From NCBI RefSeq assembly GCF_963921235.1, contig NC_086108.1:82088001-82152000 (forward strand): a DNA stretch of 64,000 bases, in the 5' to 3' direction. The position numbers were made by a program, and so were the translations under genes. Numbering within the stretch: the first letter of the stretch is position 1; each line of letters begins with the position of its first letter. Under the pieces are notes generated by a model. The model was not told the DNA's origin. It did not search any database and saw only the letters and a list, made by a program, of their open reading frames with translations. Source of the stretch: Mobula hypostoma. Lineage: Eukaryota. Below are positions 49,701 to 62,804 of the stretch, piece after piece.

Positions 49701-50140
49701 TTGTTCTCAGATCTTGGCAATTTACATGCAAATGTTTCTTCACTGTATGAGGAGGAATCATCACTAAGTTGTTAATTGTGGTGTGTCTTCCGAATGCTTC
49801 ACCTTTATTACTTTTCAGTCAGCTGATTGGCCGTCATTACAGAAACTGAATTGCAAGGGAATTCCTAGACGCATGGTTTTTCACAGACTGTAAACACGTG
49901 TAGTCCTCGATCTTATTTGTGAGACAACGTGGGCAAAGTTCCAGACCACAGTGCACGAAGTTCACCATGCAACCTATCAGTGAGATTTTCTCCCTACATC
50001 ACAACTGAGTTCCCATGACGACAATTCATCAGCTGATTGATAAGTATATGAAGGACAAGTATTCAGAAGACATACTGCATTTAACAGCACACTGATGATG
50101 TCTCCTGTTATGGTAATAAAATGTTTGCAAGTAAATTGTC
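49690..50140. mobile_element. Remnant of a second Penelope-like family with inverted terminal repeats
   Basis: EFLDAWF (~49859-49880, PLE endonuclease C-terminus-like). Inverted blocks CTTGGCAATTTACATGCAAATGTTTC (~49713) and AAAATGTTTGCAAGTAAATTG (~50118), each preceded on its own strand by a (C/G)TGATGA box. Confidence 0.5.
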
Positions 50141-50257
50141 CAGATCAGAGTCAGATTGGGAAAGAGAGGAGTTGGGTTGGGCAAGGGGAGGGATAAGAAT
50201 TTTTTTTTTCTCCCAGTTCTGAAGGAATTTAATCTAAAATGTTAACTTTGTTTTAAC

Positions 50258-50445
50258 ATACAATATACTGGTGGAACTCTGCCAATCAGGCAGCATCTAT
50301 GGAGGGGAGTAAATAGTCACGTTTCAGGCCGATACCCTTCATCAGAGTGATTTGCTCAAGATTTCCAGGATCTGTGAAATCTCTTGTACTTGTGTTAACC
50401 TTAAATGATGCCAGACATGCTTTTTTTCCAGCATTTTCTGCTTTT
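50258..50445. mobile_element. Penelope pLTR-derived short element with a near-intact minus-strand hammerhead core
   Basis: Minus strand CTGATGAAGGGTATCGGCCTGAAACGTGACT at 50315-50345. Confidence 0.65.
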
Positions 50446-50977
50446 GTGCCTTTTATGAACTGGCTACATGCTACTCCTACTGGGAGCTAAGAGAACCTGG
50501 AGGCCAGCAACTGTAAACAGGGTGGTGGAACTGCCAAAGACTATTTCAGCAATATTTCACAAGGACTGCCAACAACTCTTCTCTGCGAACCCTGTAAATG
50601 AAGTTCTGACTCTTTAAACAACATTGGGGTCACTGACCATAGACTTCTAATGTTTAAAAAAATATATTGTGGAGCTGTTTCTAGGATGTCCCCAGATCCT
50701 AAATTCTCACATAAATTTTTGTGAAATTGAATTTATGATTTCAAATTAGTTAAGATCTCTCCTTTTAAGTGAAGTGCAGACTCTATAATCTGTGGTAAGT
50801 AAAATAAGCTGCCTTTCTCAGGTCCGTGCAAAGTAAGTTGAGTGCGTAATTCATAAACATTGAAAGATTATAGAGCAAAATTTATTATTAGATAGAATTT
50901 TTATTGCTTGAAAGCCATTTGGCACAGGAAATGAAGATAATTCACTTGGTTCTAATCTCCAGTTTTGCATTGGAGCA

Positions 50978-51100
50978 CGCACAACACACTGGAGGAACTC
51001 AGCAGGTCGGGCAGCTTCCGTGGAAACAACAATGGACGAACAGTCCCTCCAGCGTGTTGTGCGTGTTGCTTTGACCCCAGTATCTGCAGAGTATTTTGTG
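50978..51100. mobile_element. Penelope pLTR-derived hairpin element with 14-bp TSD
   Basis: CGCACAACACACTGGAGG / CCTCCAGCGTGTTGTGCG arms. TTTGCATTGGAGCA at 50964-50977 and 51101-51114. Confidence 0.8.
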
Positions 51101-51329
51101 TTTGCATTGGAGCATGAGGGTCGCTTACCTCTTAAGCATGAGTTGTTAATGAATATATTTCTATTATATACAGTACTGTACATAAGTGTTGTTGGGAGCA
51201 GCCGAGTCATCATGCTGAACCCTGTGGGTAGTGTAGTTGTCCATAAGGCTTTTGTGGCAAGATATTGAAGTAGATTGCCAGGTCTTTCTTCAAATAAAGC
51301 TAGTTCATTGATATGTTGAGAAAAATGAT

Positions 51330-51780
51330 CCAAAATTACATGTATTTGTTGGACCTCTGGGATGGTGCCTTTACAAAAGCTATTTAAAGTCAGGTGTTCC
51401 AATCAATGAGATAAGATTGGATGTGTGGGTTGTAGAGGTATCAAAAAGACAGAGTCAGGTTACTAACAGAGCCTGCTCTTCTCAAGAAAGATCTGTTTAT
51501 GTGCACCATGCCTCGATCTAAACAACTTTCAAAGGACCTTGGAAGGATTGAAGCTGGAAAAGGCTACCAAAACATTCCTAAAGTCCTGAGAGTTCATCAA
51601 TCCACAGTAACTGAAATTGTCTACAAATGGAGGAAATTCAGTACTGTTGCTATTCTTCCCTTGGGGTGGGCATTCTGCAAAGGTTACACCAAGAGCACAA
51701 TATGCAGTGCTGAAGGAGGTGAAGAAGAACTCAAAGATAACAGCAAAGGACCTGCAGAAATCTCTAGAACTTGCCACTAT
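51330..51780 (+). mobile_element. Tc1 transposase N-terminal remnant
   Basis: MPRSKQLSKDL...AGKGYQNI...STVTEIVYKWRKF and KVTPRAQ...KEVKKNSKITAKDLQKSL. Confidence 0.8.
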
Positions 51781-51946
51781 AAGAAATGGAGATAATGTTA
51801 ATCCAGATATAATGAGAGGAAAGTAACAAGTTTGTGATTAAAATTTCTATTTCCTTTTTACTTCAACATAATTTGTGAATGGACAAGTGTTATCATTTTG
51901 GTCAATGAAATTAGGACTTGTTTCAGTTCTGATGTTTCTGTGATAG

Positions 51947-52052
51947 GTTGTCCGTGTGGAACCGCTGGTAAACATGGGTCAGATAACTGCACTTTTGAAC
52001 TCGATTGGCTGGACTCTTCCAGTGGTACCGGAGTTGGATGACCTCACTGTGG
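51947..52052 (+). CDS. DHCR24: DHCR24 exon 3
   Basis: TAG|[35 protein letters not shown](G)|GTGGGT; 106 nt; FAD-binding region. Confidence 0.96.
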
Positions 52053-52528
52053 GTGGGTAGTATTTTTTCCTCCATATAAAAGGCTATTTGCTTTTTTTTA
52101 AATATTAACATAATTTGAAGACTATTTGTGGACTGGGCTATTGTAATTCTTTATGACTTGGTTCTAGCTTATGATTATCAACCTGAAATTGTTAGTGGAT
52201 TTTTTGTTTGTTGACTGAGTTCTTTCAATGGGGTAGTCACTTGTATTTATCTATATGGTGATAATTGTATTTGCTAAAAGTGAGCAAAGCAATAACTCTA
52301 GCAGAAATCACCTAAACTCTGACCAATAATAGAGGTAGAATACTTTACTTTCATTTTGTTGTTCTTTGCAATTTCCTTTTACCAGTTTTTGACAACTTCT
52401 AAGAAAAAGATCTCATTTATGACAAATTCTTCAGTGCTCAGCACAGAGCTATATACTTAACGTAAAAACTGCCGTTGGAGATTCTGTCCATCTTGTACCC
52501 ATGTCCCCGATGCATTCATGTAAATTTA

Positions 52529-53341
52529 CAGATACCCCACTTAACGCTGAGGATATGTTCCTCAGAGGTGGAGTGCTATGTAAATCAGCACTATGTGGGG
52601 TCATTATAACATGACGTAAATGGACATGTGTACCTGATTTTTAAAAAATCAATCCTGAGATATATGATATTATTACGTATACGCTAATTCATGTAGTAAC
52701 AAACATGTAGATAGGCCTAACGTGCTCATCAGTGGAGCAGCAACGGAGGGAAGTGGGTGGTGGTTACAACTTAGAGGAAGGGCCAGGCTGTGGGTCCTCC
52801 TCTAACTTTGGCTTCTTCAGGTAGGTATAGAGATTTGACTGCCTTTTCTTAAGTTTCCTCTCATGAAGCAGTTCTCAGTCGCAGGAAATCATGACGAGAA
52901 CACCACTCTTTGCCTCGTTGCTTCTCTCCCAGTCACGAACATTACAAATTTCTAAGAGGTGCCAATATCAACCTGGCACTCATCAGCTTCCAAACACCGT
53001 ATCACTTGCAGTTTTGCATCCATGCTAATGCTTTTCCTAGACGTCTTAGATGTACTGCCCTTACTGTGAGTTGCAGTCTGTTTTCCAGACATGGGTGGAA
53101 AAATGGAATTAATTGGCTAGGGAGAAAGAATGGTTGGCAGAGCATGAACTAATATGCAATAGGCTGTGAATGGCTCAGAGCGTGTGTAAAGCACTCTCAT
53201 TGGCTGATTGAATTTTTACTGTGGCGACTGCTCTTGGGAAGTTTTTAATTGTTTAGAATGAATATCTGTCACTTAAAAAAGTTTCAATAAAGAACTGAAA
53301 ACCACATTGTATCAAATCAGCACTATGCAGGGTCTGAGTGT
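52529..53341. mobile_element. Possible old Tigger-like MITE
   Basis: TACAG...TGTA ends with weak inverted similarity. AAATCAGCACTATG repeated near both ends (~52583, ~53315). Confidence 0.35.
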
Positions 53342-53699
53342 ACAGTGCAGGAGTTTAAGAAAACGGAAGCATGAAAATCAAAGTAAAGTTGGGTGTTAGA
53401 AATGTAACAAAAATGTTGGAAATGCTCAGCAGGTTAGGTAGCTTCTCCAGAAAGAAAGGCTTAGAGTTTCAGGCCTGAGGCTCTTCATTGCTGCGCGCTT
53501 CTGTACTTTCTGTTTGAGTCCTGTTGTGAACAAATAAAGCCAACAAGAGCATGAATAAAGATGGGAATTGTGAAGACACCTCAGATAATAGGAATGGTTT
53601 CTTGCCTAGTTGGCACTCATGTGGGTTTCCAAATAAGAAGAGAAAGGTGAAGACAGGTGAAGGATTTGGTTGTGCACCCTGATCTTCCTGACCAAAAAC

Positions 53700-54430
53700 A
53701 AATTCTACATATCAAAGTATGTACACTATATACAACCTTGAGATTTGTCTCCTTACAGGCAGCCACAAAACAGAGACCCAATAAATCCTATTTTAAAAAA
53801 AACATCAAACGCCCAAAGTGCAGGAAAAAAATCCAAATCCTGCAAGCAATAAAAGTAAGCAAATAACATTCAGAACTGAAGTTCATCAAAGTGAGTCCAC
53901 AGCCATGAAGCAAGTTATCTCTACAGTCAGTCTGGAGGCCTGCAAGTTGCAGGTTACAGTCTTGGTTCTGTAAACCTTGCAGAGCGGCAAGCTGAATGCT
54001 GGCCTGGCCGCAGCAGCCCGACGTCTTCAGTCTGGCCCAGCACTTGAACTGGCAAACCTTGGGTCGTTCCTCACTCTTTGTCTGGGCCTCACCACCTCAA
54101 CTCTACCTTGCCTCGGTTCTGCCATATTGAAATGCCTGCAAGTCCACTCTAGCAATGGCCAAACATTGTCTCATTACCCGCTCTTGGTTCTGCCTTGATA
54201 CAGCTTGTACCTGCCGCGCTGCAACCATCCTGCACCTTTGAGACTTCAGTTCACACTGCAAATATGCCCGGTTCTACAAGCAGTTATAAGCTGAACTCGG
54301 AAAGGGAAGTTACAGGCTATTGATAGCAGTGATTGTATGGGAGAAAGTGTGTTTAATACGGTAACTTGTAATTTTGTTATTTTTGTTTGCTACCAGCAAG
54401 CTGTCGCTGTGTTTTACCATTGCCATCTTA
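53700..54430 (-). mobile_element. Non-coding retroposon with a Rex1-like 3' tail
   Basis: Shares GAGATT...CAG...AAAGTGAGTCCA blocks with 44150-44630 and the Rex1 tail at 25033-25330, but has a different body. Confidence 0.45.
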
Positions 54431-54758
54431 AACTTTGTGCTCTAATCTGCCAGCTAGGACATCTTCGTATATTTGAGAGGAGAAACATGCTTCCATTTTC
54501 TTAAATGGCTCCTTGTTACAGTACATAGTTGGCGAGGGGTATGACTAAATTAGTGCTAAATTATTATGTATTTATATCTATACCTTCTGATTGCTGATGA
54601 TTTTTGAAATTTTAGGCTTCCAGTACTTGTACTATGTCTCTGGATGTTCAGTATACCAAATGGATTCAATTTGATTTGTGAATTGTTCAGATAGTCTTGC
54701 TCATAATATAGCTCTGTAATCTCCAATACCTTGAATATGAACAAATGTCTTTTCTCAG

Positions 54759-54877
54759 GTGGCCTTATCATGGGAACTGGCATTGAATCTTCATCTCACA
54801 TCTATGGACTTTTCCAAAACATCTGTACAGCCTATGAGCTGGTCTTAGCTGATGGCCGCCTTGTTAGATGCACAGAG
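54759..54877 (+). CDS. DHCR24: DHCR24 exon 4
   Basis: CAG|(G)[39 protein letters not shown]|GTAAAA; 119 nt. Confidence 0.96.
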
Positions 54878-56232
54878 GTAAAAGAAATGGGGTACTATTT
54901 TGGCTAGATGATTTTTGATTTATTCATCTAAAAATCTGTTGCTGTTAAGCTGTTGCATTTTACAATATTGCATCAAGTTGTCCAAACCTCACTTCCCATT
55001 TTACTGATTTGTGTAATTCTTCTACTTCGGGAGGGTGAATCTCGGGTTTGTATAAAGTATACATACTTTACTTTGAACCTTCACTTTTTTATACATCTTT
55101 CACATTCGTGATTTTTTTGTATTGAGGGCTTGCCCAGATCTTGCACTCAGTGTCAACTTTGTGTACTGTTAAGTCTGTTTCAGGATGCGCTAATTTGAGT
55201 GATACTTGCTTTGCGCATGTACAGAATCACTGGAATGTGATGTTGACCCAAATTCTCATGGTCATTTGAATGCTGTAGAATTTTGCAATAAGCAGGAAGT
55301 ACTTCTGGTGTCTCTGTACAGCTTTCCTGTGTCAACCAAAAACACATTGTATAAATGATCAAGTTATAGAAATGTTTGTGAAAACTGGCTGTTGGCAAAT
55401 TTCAAATGATGCAGTACAGAAGGGGGTTATCCTGCTCTTTGTTGAAATGCTGACTCTTTGCAGGAGTTGCGCAACTATTCCCACAATCACTGGAATTGTC
55501 CTTCTTATTCTTATCAGAATGCCTGAAGATTTTGGGCACTTAGCAAAATGTCCTCTCAATCATTTATATTCGCAAGGAAACGACTGGAGCCACCCAGATT
55601 TTTCATAACTGAAATCCTTGCACCGCGGTACTATTCTTGTAGACCTCAGTTGTCCAAAGATTGTGAAATTCACCCAAAGAATTGGTGTTCAGAATTTACA
55701 ACAGTTTGTCTTGTTTTATTCTTTTTTTTACATGCTTATTAATGGTTACTATCTTGTGATAAGAACTTTTTTTCTTATTTCTCTCCCTCCCAGTTCTTGA
55801 AGCTCTGAGCATAGGAACTTTTGCTTGTTATCTGGGTTTGAACTTGCCCTTCAGTACTGCTTGTGTCGTCTTCATGTGTTCTCTCAGTAATCAAGTGGTT
55901 TCCAGCTGCTCCTGTTTCTTCCCATATTCCCAAGAGGTGCTGGTGGCTTCAGCAGCTTCTATAAATTTAGCCTTTGGTGTAACTAGGTGATAAGAAGTAT
56001 CCGAAGGGGAATGGATGGATGTGTGATTAAAGAGAAGTTGAAGAGCCATAGGGAACACAAGAATACAACTAACGGGATTGCCCTGTTAGGAGATGATCTG
56101 TTTCCAGTGGGCTCACTGGTCTTGTTGCACTTGTCTGATACAACAGTGGGCATGCTTTTTGATTTGGAAAATGTATCTGCAGGTTGCCTTCCTCTATTTT
56201 GCTAAAGCAATACTTTTTCCTCTTGTCCTCAG

Positions 56233-56496
56233 AAAGAGAATCCAGACTTATTTTATGCTGTGCCTTGGTCATGTGGTACACTCGGATTTCTTGTTGCTGC
56301 AGAGATCAAGATTATTCCTGCTAAGAAATATGTGCGTCTGCAGTACCAACCAGTGCGTGGTCTGCAGACAATATGCGAAACGTTCAGCAGAGCATCCCAG
56401 AACAAAGAAAACCATTTTGTGGAGGGCCTCATGTATTCATGTGATGAGGCTGTGATAATGACAGGAGTCCTTACTGATGTGGCTGAACCAGAAAAG
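56233..56496 (+). CDS. DHCR24: DHCR24 exon 5
   Basis: CAG|[29 protein letters not shown]...VAEPEK|GTAAAT; 264 nt. Confidence 0.96.
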
Positions 56497-56935
56497 GTAA
56501 ATAATACCAAGGGAGAATCAGTCAACATTGCACAAATACAGTAAATTTGGTCATGATTTTACTATTTGGGACATGCGCTTTTAACCGTTATCACCTTTGC
56601 AGTTATTGATTCTCTTTTGAAGAGGGAAAGTTTAAAAAAAAAATCATGTTATCCATTTGTTACTAAAATGTAAAGCAGACATGTTTTTCTTTTGCTTTAA
56701 TCCTTATTGTTTGATGCTTTTAGTTAGCTTGTCATGTCCCTCTTGACTAACCAGCTTAGATGGTTCTGTTTATTTAAAGCTCTATTTGCAAGTTATTATC
56801 TTGGTATTTTTAAATGTCTGTGTACCTATTGTGATTTTAAAAAGTAACTAGGAACATAACTATATCTGAGAGATCATTCTTCATCAATAAGGTGGAATTC
56901 CTGTGTCATTTGATAGAACTTTTGTTTTATGTTAG

Positions 56936-57079
56936 ATCAATAGAATTGGCTATTACTACAAACCGTGGTTCTTTAAACATGTGGAGAAATACTTGCAAGA
57001 GAGCCACAGTGCAGTGGAATATATCCCTCTGAGGCAGTACTATCACCGCCACACCCGCAGCATTTTCTGGGAGCTTCAG
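56936..57079 (+). CDS. DHCR24: DHCR24 exon 6
   Basis: TAG|[17 protein letters not shown]...[14 protein letters not shown]|GTAATT; 144 nt. Confidence 0.96.
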
Positions 57080-57184
57080 GTAATTGATATAAGAAATATT
57101 TCCAGGCATGTGAATTCATATTCTTACAATATCCCAAAAAATGGGATTTGAGGGTCGTTAATTGACAGTACTGCTGAGGGTGGA

Positions 57185-57475
57185 ATGGTATCATAGTGGT
57201 TAGCATAACGCTTTACAGTGCCGGCGTAAGATCAGGGTTCAATACCTGCTGCTGTCTGTAAGAATCTTTACGTTTTCTCTGTGACTGCATGAGTATCCTC
57301 TGGGTACTCTGGTTTCCTCCCACATACCAAAGACTTATTGGCTAGCGTTAGTAAGTTGTAGGCATGCTATGTTGGCACTTGTAGGATGCCCCCAGCACAG
57401 CCTTGGACTGTGTTAGCTGTTGACGCAAATGATGTATTTCACTGGAAGCTTCGCACATGTGATAAATAAAGCTAA
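57185..57475 (+). mobile_element. V-SINE-like tRNA SINE (family B)
   Basis: TAGTGGTTAGC...GGTTCAATACC tRNA-like head and TCCTCTGGGTACTCTGGTTTCCTCCCACA V-domain block. Confidence 0.75.
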
Positions 57476-58029
57476 CCTTTATATTCATTGTCACGTGTAC
57501 CTTGGCACATGACACAATAATAAGCCATTTCCCATTTTACCTATGAGAACATACAATCTATACTACCAAAATCGGTAATATCTAAATTTGCTGTTTTTTT
57601 AAAAAAAAATCAGTAAATAAAGTAGAAAAATAAATTTGAGATGAAGTCACTTTTTTTTAAAAAAAACTTGTACTTCTGAAGAAGGGTTTGCACCCAAGGT
57701 GTTAAGTTGAGAGGTACTAGCTGAGCCTGTACTTGTGTTTCTGGCACCAGTAGTTTGCTTTTAATGTGGTTTAAAGAATGAATGGTAGGACATGTGAAAT
57801 GAAAGCCCTTGGACAAGTTGTTTTGAAAATTTGTGCCAATCTGCAAGCATTCAATTCCAATGGCTTTCAAAAATATCAGATTTTGTATATATACAGCTTA
57901 CTTTGAGATTTTGTGGTTATAAATGATAAGAAGCCTTCAAAAAGATGAGTTACTCACCACATTATAATGCAAGTAAAACCAGTTTTACAAAGGTTTGTAT
58001 TAATGTTTTTATTTCCTTCTACATTTAAG

Positions 58030-58227
58030 GATATAATTCCATTTGGCAACAATCCACTCTTCCGTTACGTGTTTGGCTGGATGGTTCCTCCCAAGATTTC
58101 ATTACTGAAACTGACCCAAGGCGAAACTATTCGTAAACTGTATGAGCAACACCATGTGGTTCAAGACGTGCTGGTGCCAATGAAGAGTTTGGAGAAGTTG
58201 ATCCTTTACCTGCACAGTGAGATTAAT
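58030..58227 (+). CDS. DHCR24: DHCR24 exon 7
   Basis: AAG|[30 protein letters not shown]...LHSEIN|GTATGT; 198 nt. Confidence 0.96.
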
Positions 58228-58551
58228 GTATGTAAATTATTAAAGAATTGTTTTTTTTTAATTTGGCAGGGTTAGCTTGTGGCACTTGCCCTTATTTTAG
58301 TGCCAAAACATTCTGTATGTTCTTAAGAGGAAGATAGTAATGAGGGACATTGAGTGAGTTTGTTTGCCCCTGAGCTTAGCTTGTCTTTTTATTTTCTTTC
58401 TGTAGCACTTAAAGATTAAGTTTATATCAAATTACTTAGAAGCAAAAAATAATTGTTTATTTCCATAGCAGTAGTCCTGTCATCAATGTGCAGATTCTCA
58501 GTTTTGTCCTTGATGGGCCCCAGTACTCCATGTACTTTTTATGTCCACATA

Positions 58552-58840
58552 ACGTGGCCAAGTGGTTAAGGCATTGGACTAGCGACTTGAGCCCTAGCCA
58601 AGGGAACGTGTTGTGTCCTTGAGCAAGGCACTTAATCACACATTGCTCTGCGACGACACTGGTGCCAAGCTGTATGGGTCCTAATGCCCTTCCCTTGGAC
58701 AACATTGGTGTCGTGGAGAGGGGAGACTTGCAGCATAGGCAACTGCTGGTCTTCCATACAACCTTACCCAGGCCTGCGCCCTGGAGAGTGAAGACTTTCC
58801 AGGCACAGATCCATGGTCTCACAAGACCAACGGATGCCTT
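58552..58840 (+). mobile_element. tRNA-derived CORE-like SINE (family A)
   Basis: Near-identical to 3997-4290, with a small deletion in the head. Confidence 0.85.
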
Positions 58841-59097
58841 ATATAACCCATCTTGATATATGCTTATGTTGCAGTTAACCTTTTCACAGAAGCTGTCTCA
58901 CTTGCAATCAATAATGTAAAGTTGCATGTTTATTCACTCTACCAAAAGTATGCAAAGTTTTTTTTCCTCCCCACTCTAGCTGAACTGGGTCAATGCTGCA
59001 ACTATTTAATCTATAATCTAGGAAATCAGGTTGGAACTGTTTTATTCTTATTACTTAAGTGCCTTGTCAAAATGTACTTTCTGTTTATTTTCTGCAG

Positions 59098-59276
59098 GTT
59101 TACCCTCTGTGGTTGTGTCCTTTCAACCTACCCAGTCTCCCTGGTATGGTCCACCCAAAGGGGAATGAAGCTGAGCTGTATGCAGATGTTGGGGCCTATG
59201 GAGAACCCAAGGCCAAGCAGTTTGAAGCCAGGTCATCAACCCGGCAGCTGGAGAAATTTTTACGTGATTCACACAG
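59098..59276 (+). CDS. DHCR24: DHCR24 exon 8
   Basis: CAG|[12 protein letters not shown]...LEKFLRDSH(AG)|GTAAGT; 179 nt. Confidence 0.96.
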
Positions 59277-59343
59277 GTAAGTAGTGTATCAGTGGGAAAA
59301 TTGAAGGAGAAAATTAAATGTAAGCAGTATCTATAGCTAAGCC

Positions 59344-59613
59344 TTCAGGCAGATGGGCCCATCAGCCAGCTCATCTAGCAGTAGGGAAACTCTGATCTCA
59401 AATCTCCACCACCTTAGAGCTATACCCACTCATGGGGAAGGTTTGTGGAGTAAACCCCAGTGGATCCTTTGGATTTGTCAGCTGCATGGAGAGGGGGAGC
59501 CTGCTGTATGGGCAACAGCTCGCTCTCCATATCGTACTGACCTGGCTTGCGTATTATGCAGGTAGCTAGGACACAATATCCATGGTCAACCTCGGCCAAT
59601 GGAAGGCCTCCAA
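59344..59613 (+). mobile_element. Family C retroposon, 5'-truncated, with 11-bp TSD
   Basis: ATAGCTAAGCC at 59333-59343 and 59614-59624; homologous to 19310-19700. Confidence 0.75.
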
Positions 59614-60124
59614 ATAGCTAAGCCATTATCTGACTGGTTCATAACCATGTTTTATAAATGACTGGTGAATTTATGCACCTAGCACTTTTTACCATTTAGT
59701 CTTTGTGGTTCTGTGAAATGATTTGCACAGGAACAATAGGCCTGGGAATTTGATGCATTAGATCCAGGCAAAATTAAAGTAGCAATGATCCCTGCCCCAC
59801 AATATGTTCAGCTGCATTGGAAACTATACCTAAAGCAGGTCTGAACCACTTACTGTATGTGTCGTTAATCATATGGGTCTTGAAGGCTGCATCTGACGAG
59901 AGCACCTTCAAGAATGCTGTCCTTCTGCAGAGGTTACCATATCACCCACATTTGAAATAGGAGGGGAATTCAAATTACTCTTGCTGTGACCCATCAGAGA
60001 TGTGAGTAATTACTGAAGATGGTTTCAGTTTGTGTAGCAGGAGGTGAGCAAGAAAGGGAGAAGAAGCTTAAACAGAAAGAAATGCTGTAAGACATCTCCT
60101 CCTCCTTTGCCCTTCAGCAATCAC

Positions 60125-60645
60125 TTAGAAACATAGAAAACCTACTGGCCCTTCAGTCCACAAAGCCGCATCGAACATGTCCTTACCTTGGAGTTTTTTT
60201 TTAAAAAACTTACCCCTAACATCTCCTCTGAACCTATTTCCAAGCACCTTAAAACTGTGCCCTCTCGTGCTAGCCATTCCAGCCCTGGGAAAAAGCCTCT
60301 GACTTTCCACACGATCAATGCCTCTCATCATCTTGTACACCACTATCAGGTCACCTCTCCTCCTTCGTTGCTCCAAGGAGAAAAGGCCGAGTTCCCTCAA
60401 CCTATTCTCATAGGGCATGCTCCCCAATTCAGGCAACATCCTTGTAAATCTCCTCTGCACCCTTTCTATGGTTTCCACATCCTTCCCATAGTGAGGCAAC
60501 CAGAACTGAGCACAGTCCTCCAAGTGGGGTCTGACCAGGGTCCTATATAGCTGCAACATTACCTCTCAGCTCCTAAACTCAATCCCACGATTGATGAAGG
60601 CCAATGCACTGTATGCTTTCTTAACCACAGAGTCAACCTGCGCAG
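60125..60645 (-). mobile_element. CR1 3' fragment
   Basis: LYRTLVRPHLEDCAQFWLPH...ERVQRRFTR...TRGH. Confidence 0.85.
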
Positions 60646-61479
60646 TTTGGACATGGAAAACTTCCCCGTAGTGGTAGGATCATTTACTTCCAATCCGTTG
60701 CTTGGGTCTTAAAAGAAACATAACGATTCTGTGTGCACACTAGTCAGAATCCTCATCTTACCCAACCTGATTGTAACCTCAGCTCCAAATTTCTATCTAC
60801 CAAGGTAATGTTTCACCCAATCAATCCTTGAGCTTTATCTATTAATGCCTCAAAGTTATTCTGCTTCCACTTTGAGAAAGAATGCCAAAGGTCCAATTCT
60901 AGGGTCTGGGTTATTATTTTTGGTGTCAGATTCCCTTGTTCCTCTTTTTCCCCGCTGCAAGGTACCAAACAATGTACATTAGTACCAGTACTTGTCAAGT
61001 GTTTCTTGCATTATAATGAGTTGCCAGTGTCACTTTGGTCCTGTGCTTGCACATAAGTGCACTAAGTCTTGCAGAGCCCCTGTTTTCAAGAACACTTTGT
61101 ATTCTGCTATTTCTGAACATGCCACTTATTTCAAATAGCTTTAGCTATCCTCCCTGTGGATTTGATTTGCCTGCGTTTTAGCAGTAAATGTTGTTAAACA
61201 GTTTATCGATGGATCCGCATTTCACCAGAGTCTTGGTGCTTGCCAAATATCCAACATCTGCACTTAATTGTTGGGAATGGACTGTACTATTTTGATGATG
61301 GAAAGGGAACTGCTTAAGGTTTAACATTCAAGATTTTAGCTTTAACAATTGTGACAATGCAGCTGGAACATTGAAGTACTTTTAAAGATGTGGACTATTC
61401 TTGCACAAGTGCTAGTGAAATAGTTAATTCCATATTTTTGGAAATGGTTTCATTACATTGGGAAATGGTGAATGCCACA

Positions 61480-62800
61480 TTTGAAGAAGAGAAACCACAG
61501 GCAAGTTAGCTCAATGTCTGATGATGGGAAAACTTAGAAACATTTGCTAACAATAATATGGCAGGGCAGGTGGAAATATTCAAGGTTAATGATTTTTATC
61601 AAGTGTCACAACAGATGTTATTGTGAGGAAAATAAAAGCTCACACTGTCGGAAGTAACTTCTTGGCATAAAACCATAAGACAAGAACACGATTAGGCCAT
61701 TCAGCCCATTGAGTCTGCTCTGCCATTTGATCATGGGTGACCAATTTCCCTCTCAACCCCATTTTCCTGCCTTCTCCCCGTAATCTTTCACACCCTGACT
61801 AATTACAAACCTATCAACCTCTGCCTTAAATACATCCAATGATCTGGCCTCTGTGACCACTGTGGCAGCAAATTCCACAGCTGTACTACCTGGCTGAAGA
61901 AATTACTTATCCATTCTAAATGGATGTCCCTGTGTTTTGAGGCTGTGCCCTCTGGTCCTAGTCTCCTCCACCACAGGAGACATCCTCTGCACATCCACTC
62001 TAGGCTTTTCAATATCTGATAAGTTTTGATAATACCTCATTCTTCTAAATTCCAGCAAGTAAAGGCCTAAACCCATCAATTGCTCCTAATAAGTCTTTTG
62101 TTCCATGGGAAACGAAATGGACATAACTGGGTGTTTTTTTTCTGTGGTGTGGTATGGGGATTACCTCTGGGATCTTGGCTTTTCACAATCTTTAAAGACT
62201 TGACTTGGATGAAGGCACCAGAGGTATAGTTAGTAAATTTGTTGATAAGTGAAAAGTAAGCACCAAAAAGCACATAAGCAAGTTGAAACAGGATTTAAGT
62301 TGATGCACAAAGATCTGGCAAATGAGTAAAATGTGAGGAAATGTGAAATCAATTTTGGCAGGAAATATATAAAAAAACATTGTCTAAATGGTAAGAAATT
62401 GTAGAACTTGTTGAAGGATCTGGGTTTCTAATACATGATTAGCGGAAGGCTAATATGCAGGTACATTAATTTGGAAAGCTTGCAGTATGCTATTATTGCA
62501 AGATAAATACAAAAGTGGAGAGGTTATGCTTATTTATAAGGATATTCAGTTGATGCCATCTCTGGAATAATATGAGCAGTATTAAGGTTCTTAAGAAATA
62601 GTGTTAATTTGCAGGAAGCAGTTCAGGGAAGATTTACCAGACTAATACCTGGAATGGGTAGGTAAACTTGCAAGGAAAGGCTGGGAATGCTGGAATTTAG
62701 AAAAATTGAGAGGTGATTTGATTGGAAAAAGAGATCCTGAGGGATCTTAACGTGTGTGTGTGTATGTGTTGCTGCTTGTAGGGAAAATCTAGAGCTAGGG
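61480..62800. mobile_element. Decayed CR1 (+) pieces with a nested CR1 3' fragment (-, ~61673-62100)
   Basis: Degenerate RT and C-terminal CR1 motifs; (CATAAGA) tail at ~61674. Confidence 0.65.
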
Positions 62801-62804
62801 ATCA

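Noticed and set aside
50851-51402. 183-aa minus-strand ORF
   Set aside because: Crosses a hairpin repeat and a Tc1 remnant, has no recognisable domain and no ATG start.
55180-55700. Possible hidden exon or ncRNA in DHCR24 intron 4
   Set aside because: Only short ORFs with no recognisable motif. The DHCR24 CDS is complete without it, and no convincing snoRNA box layout was seen.
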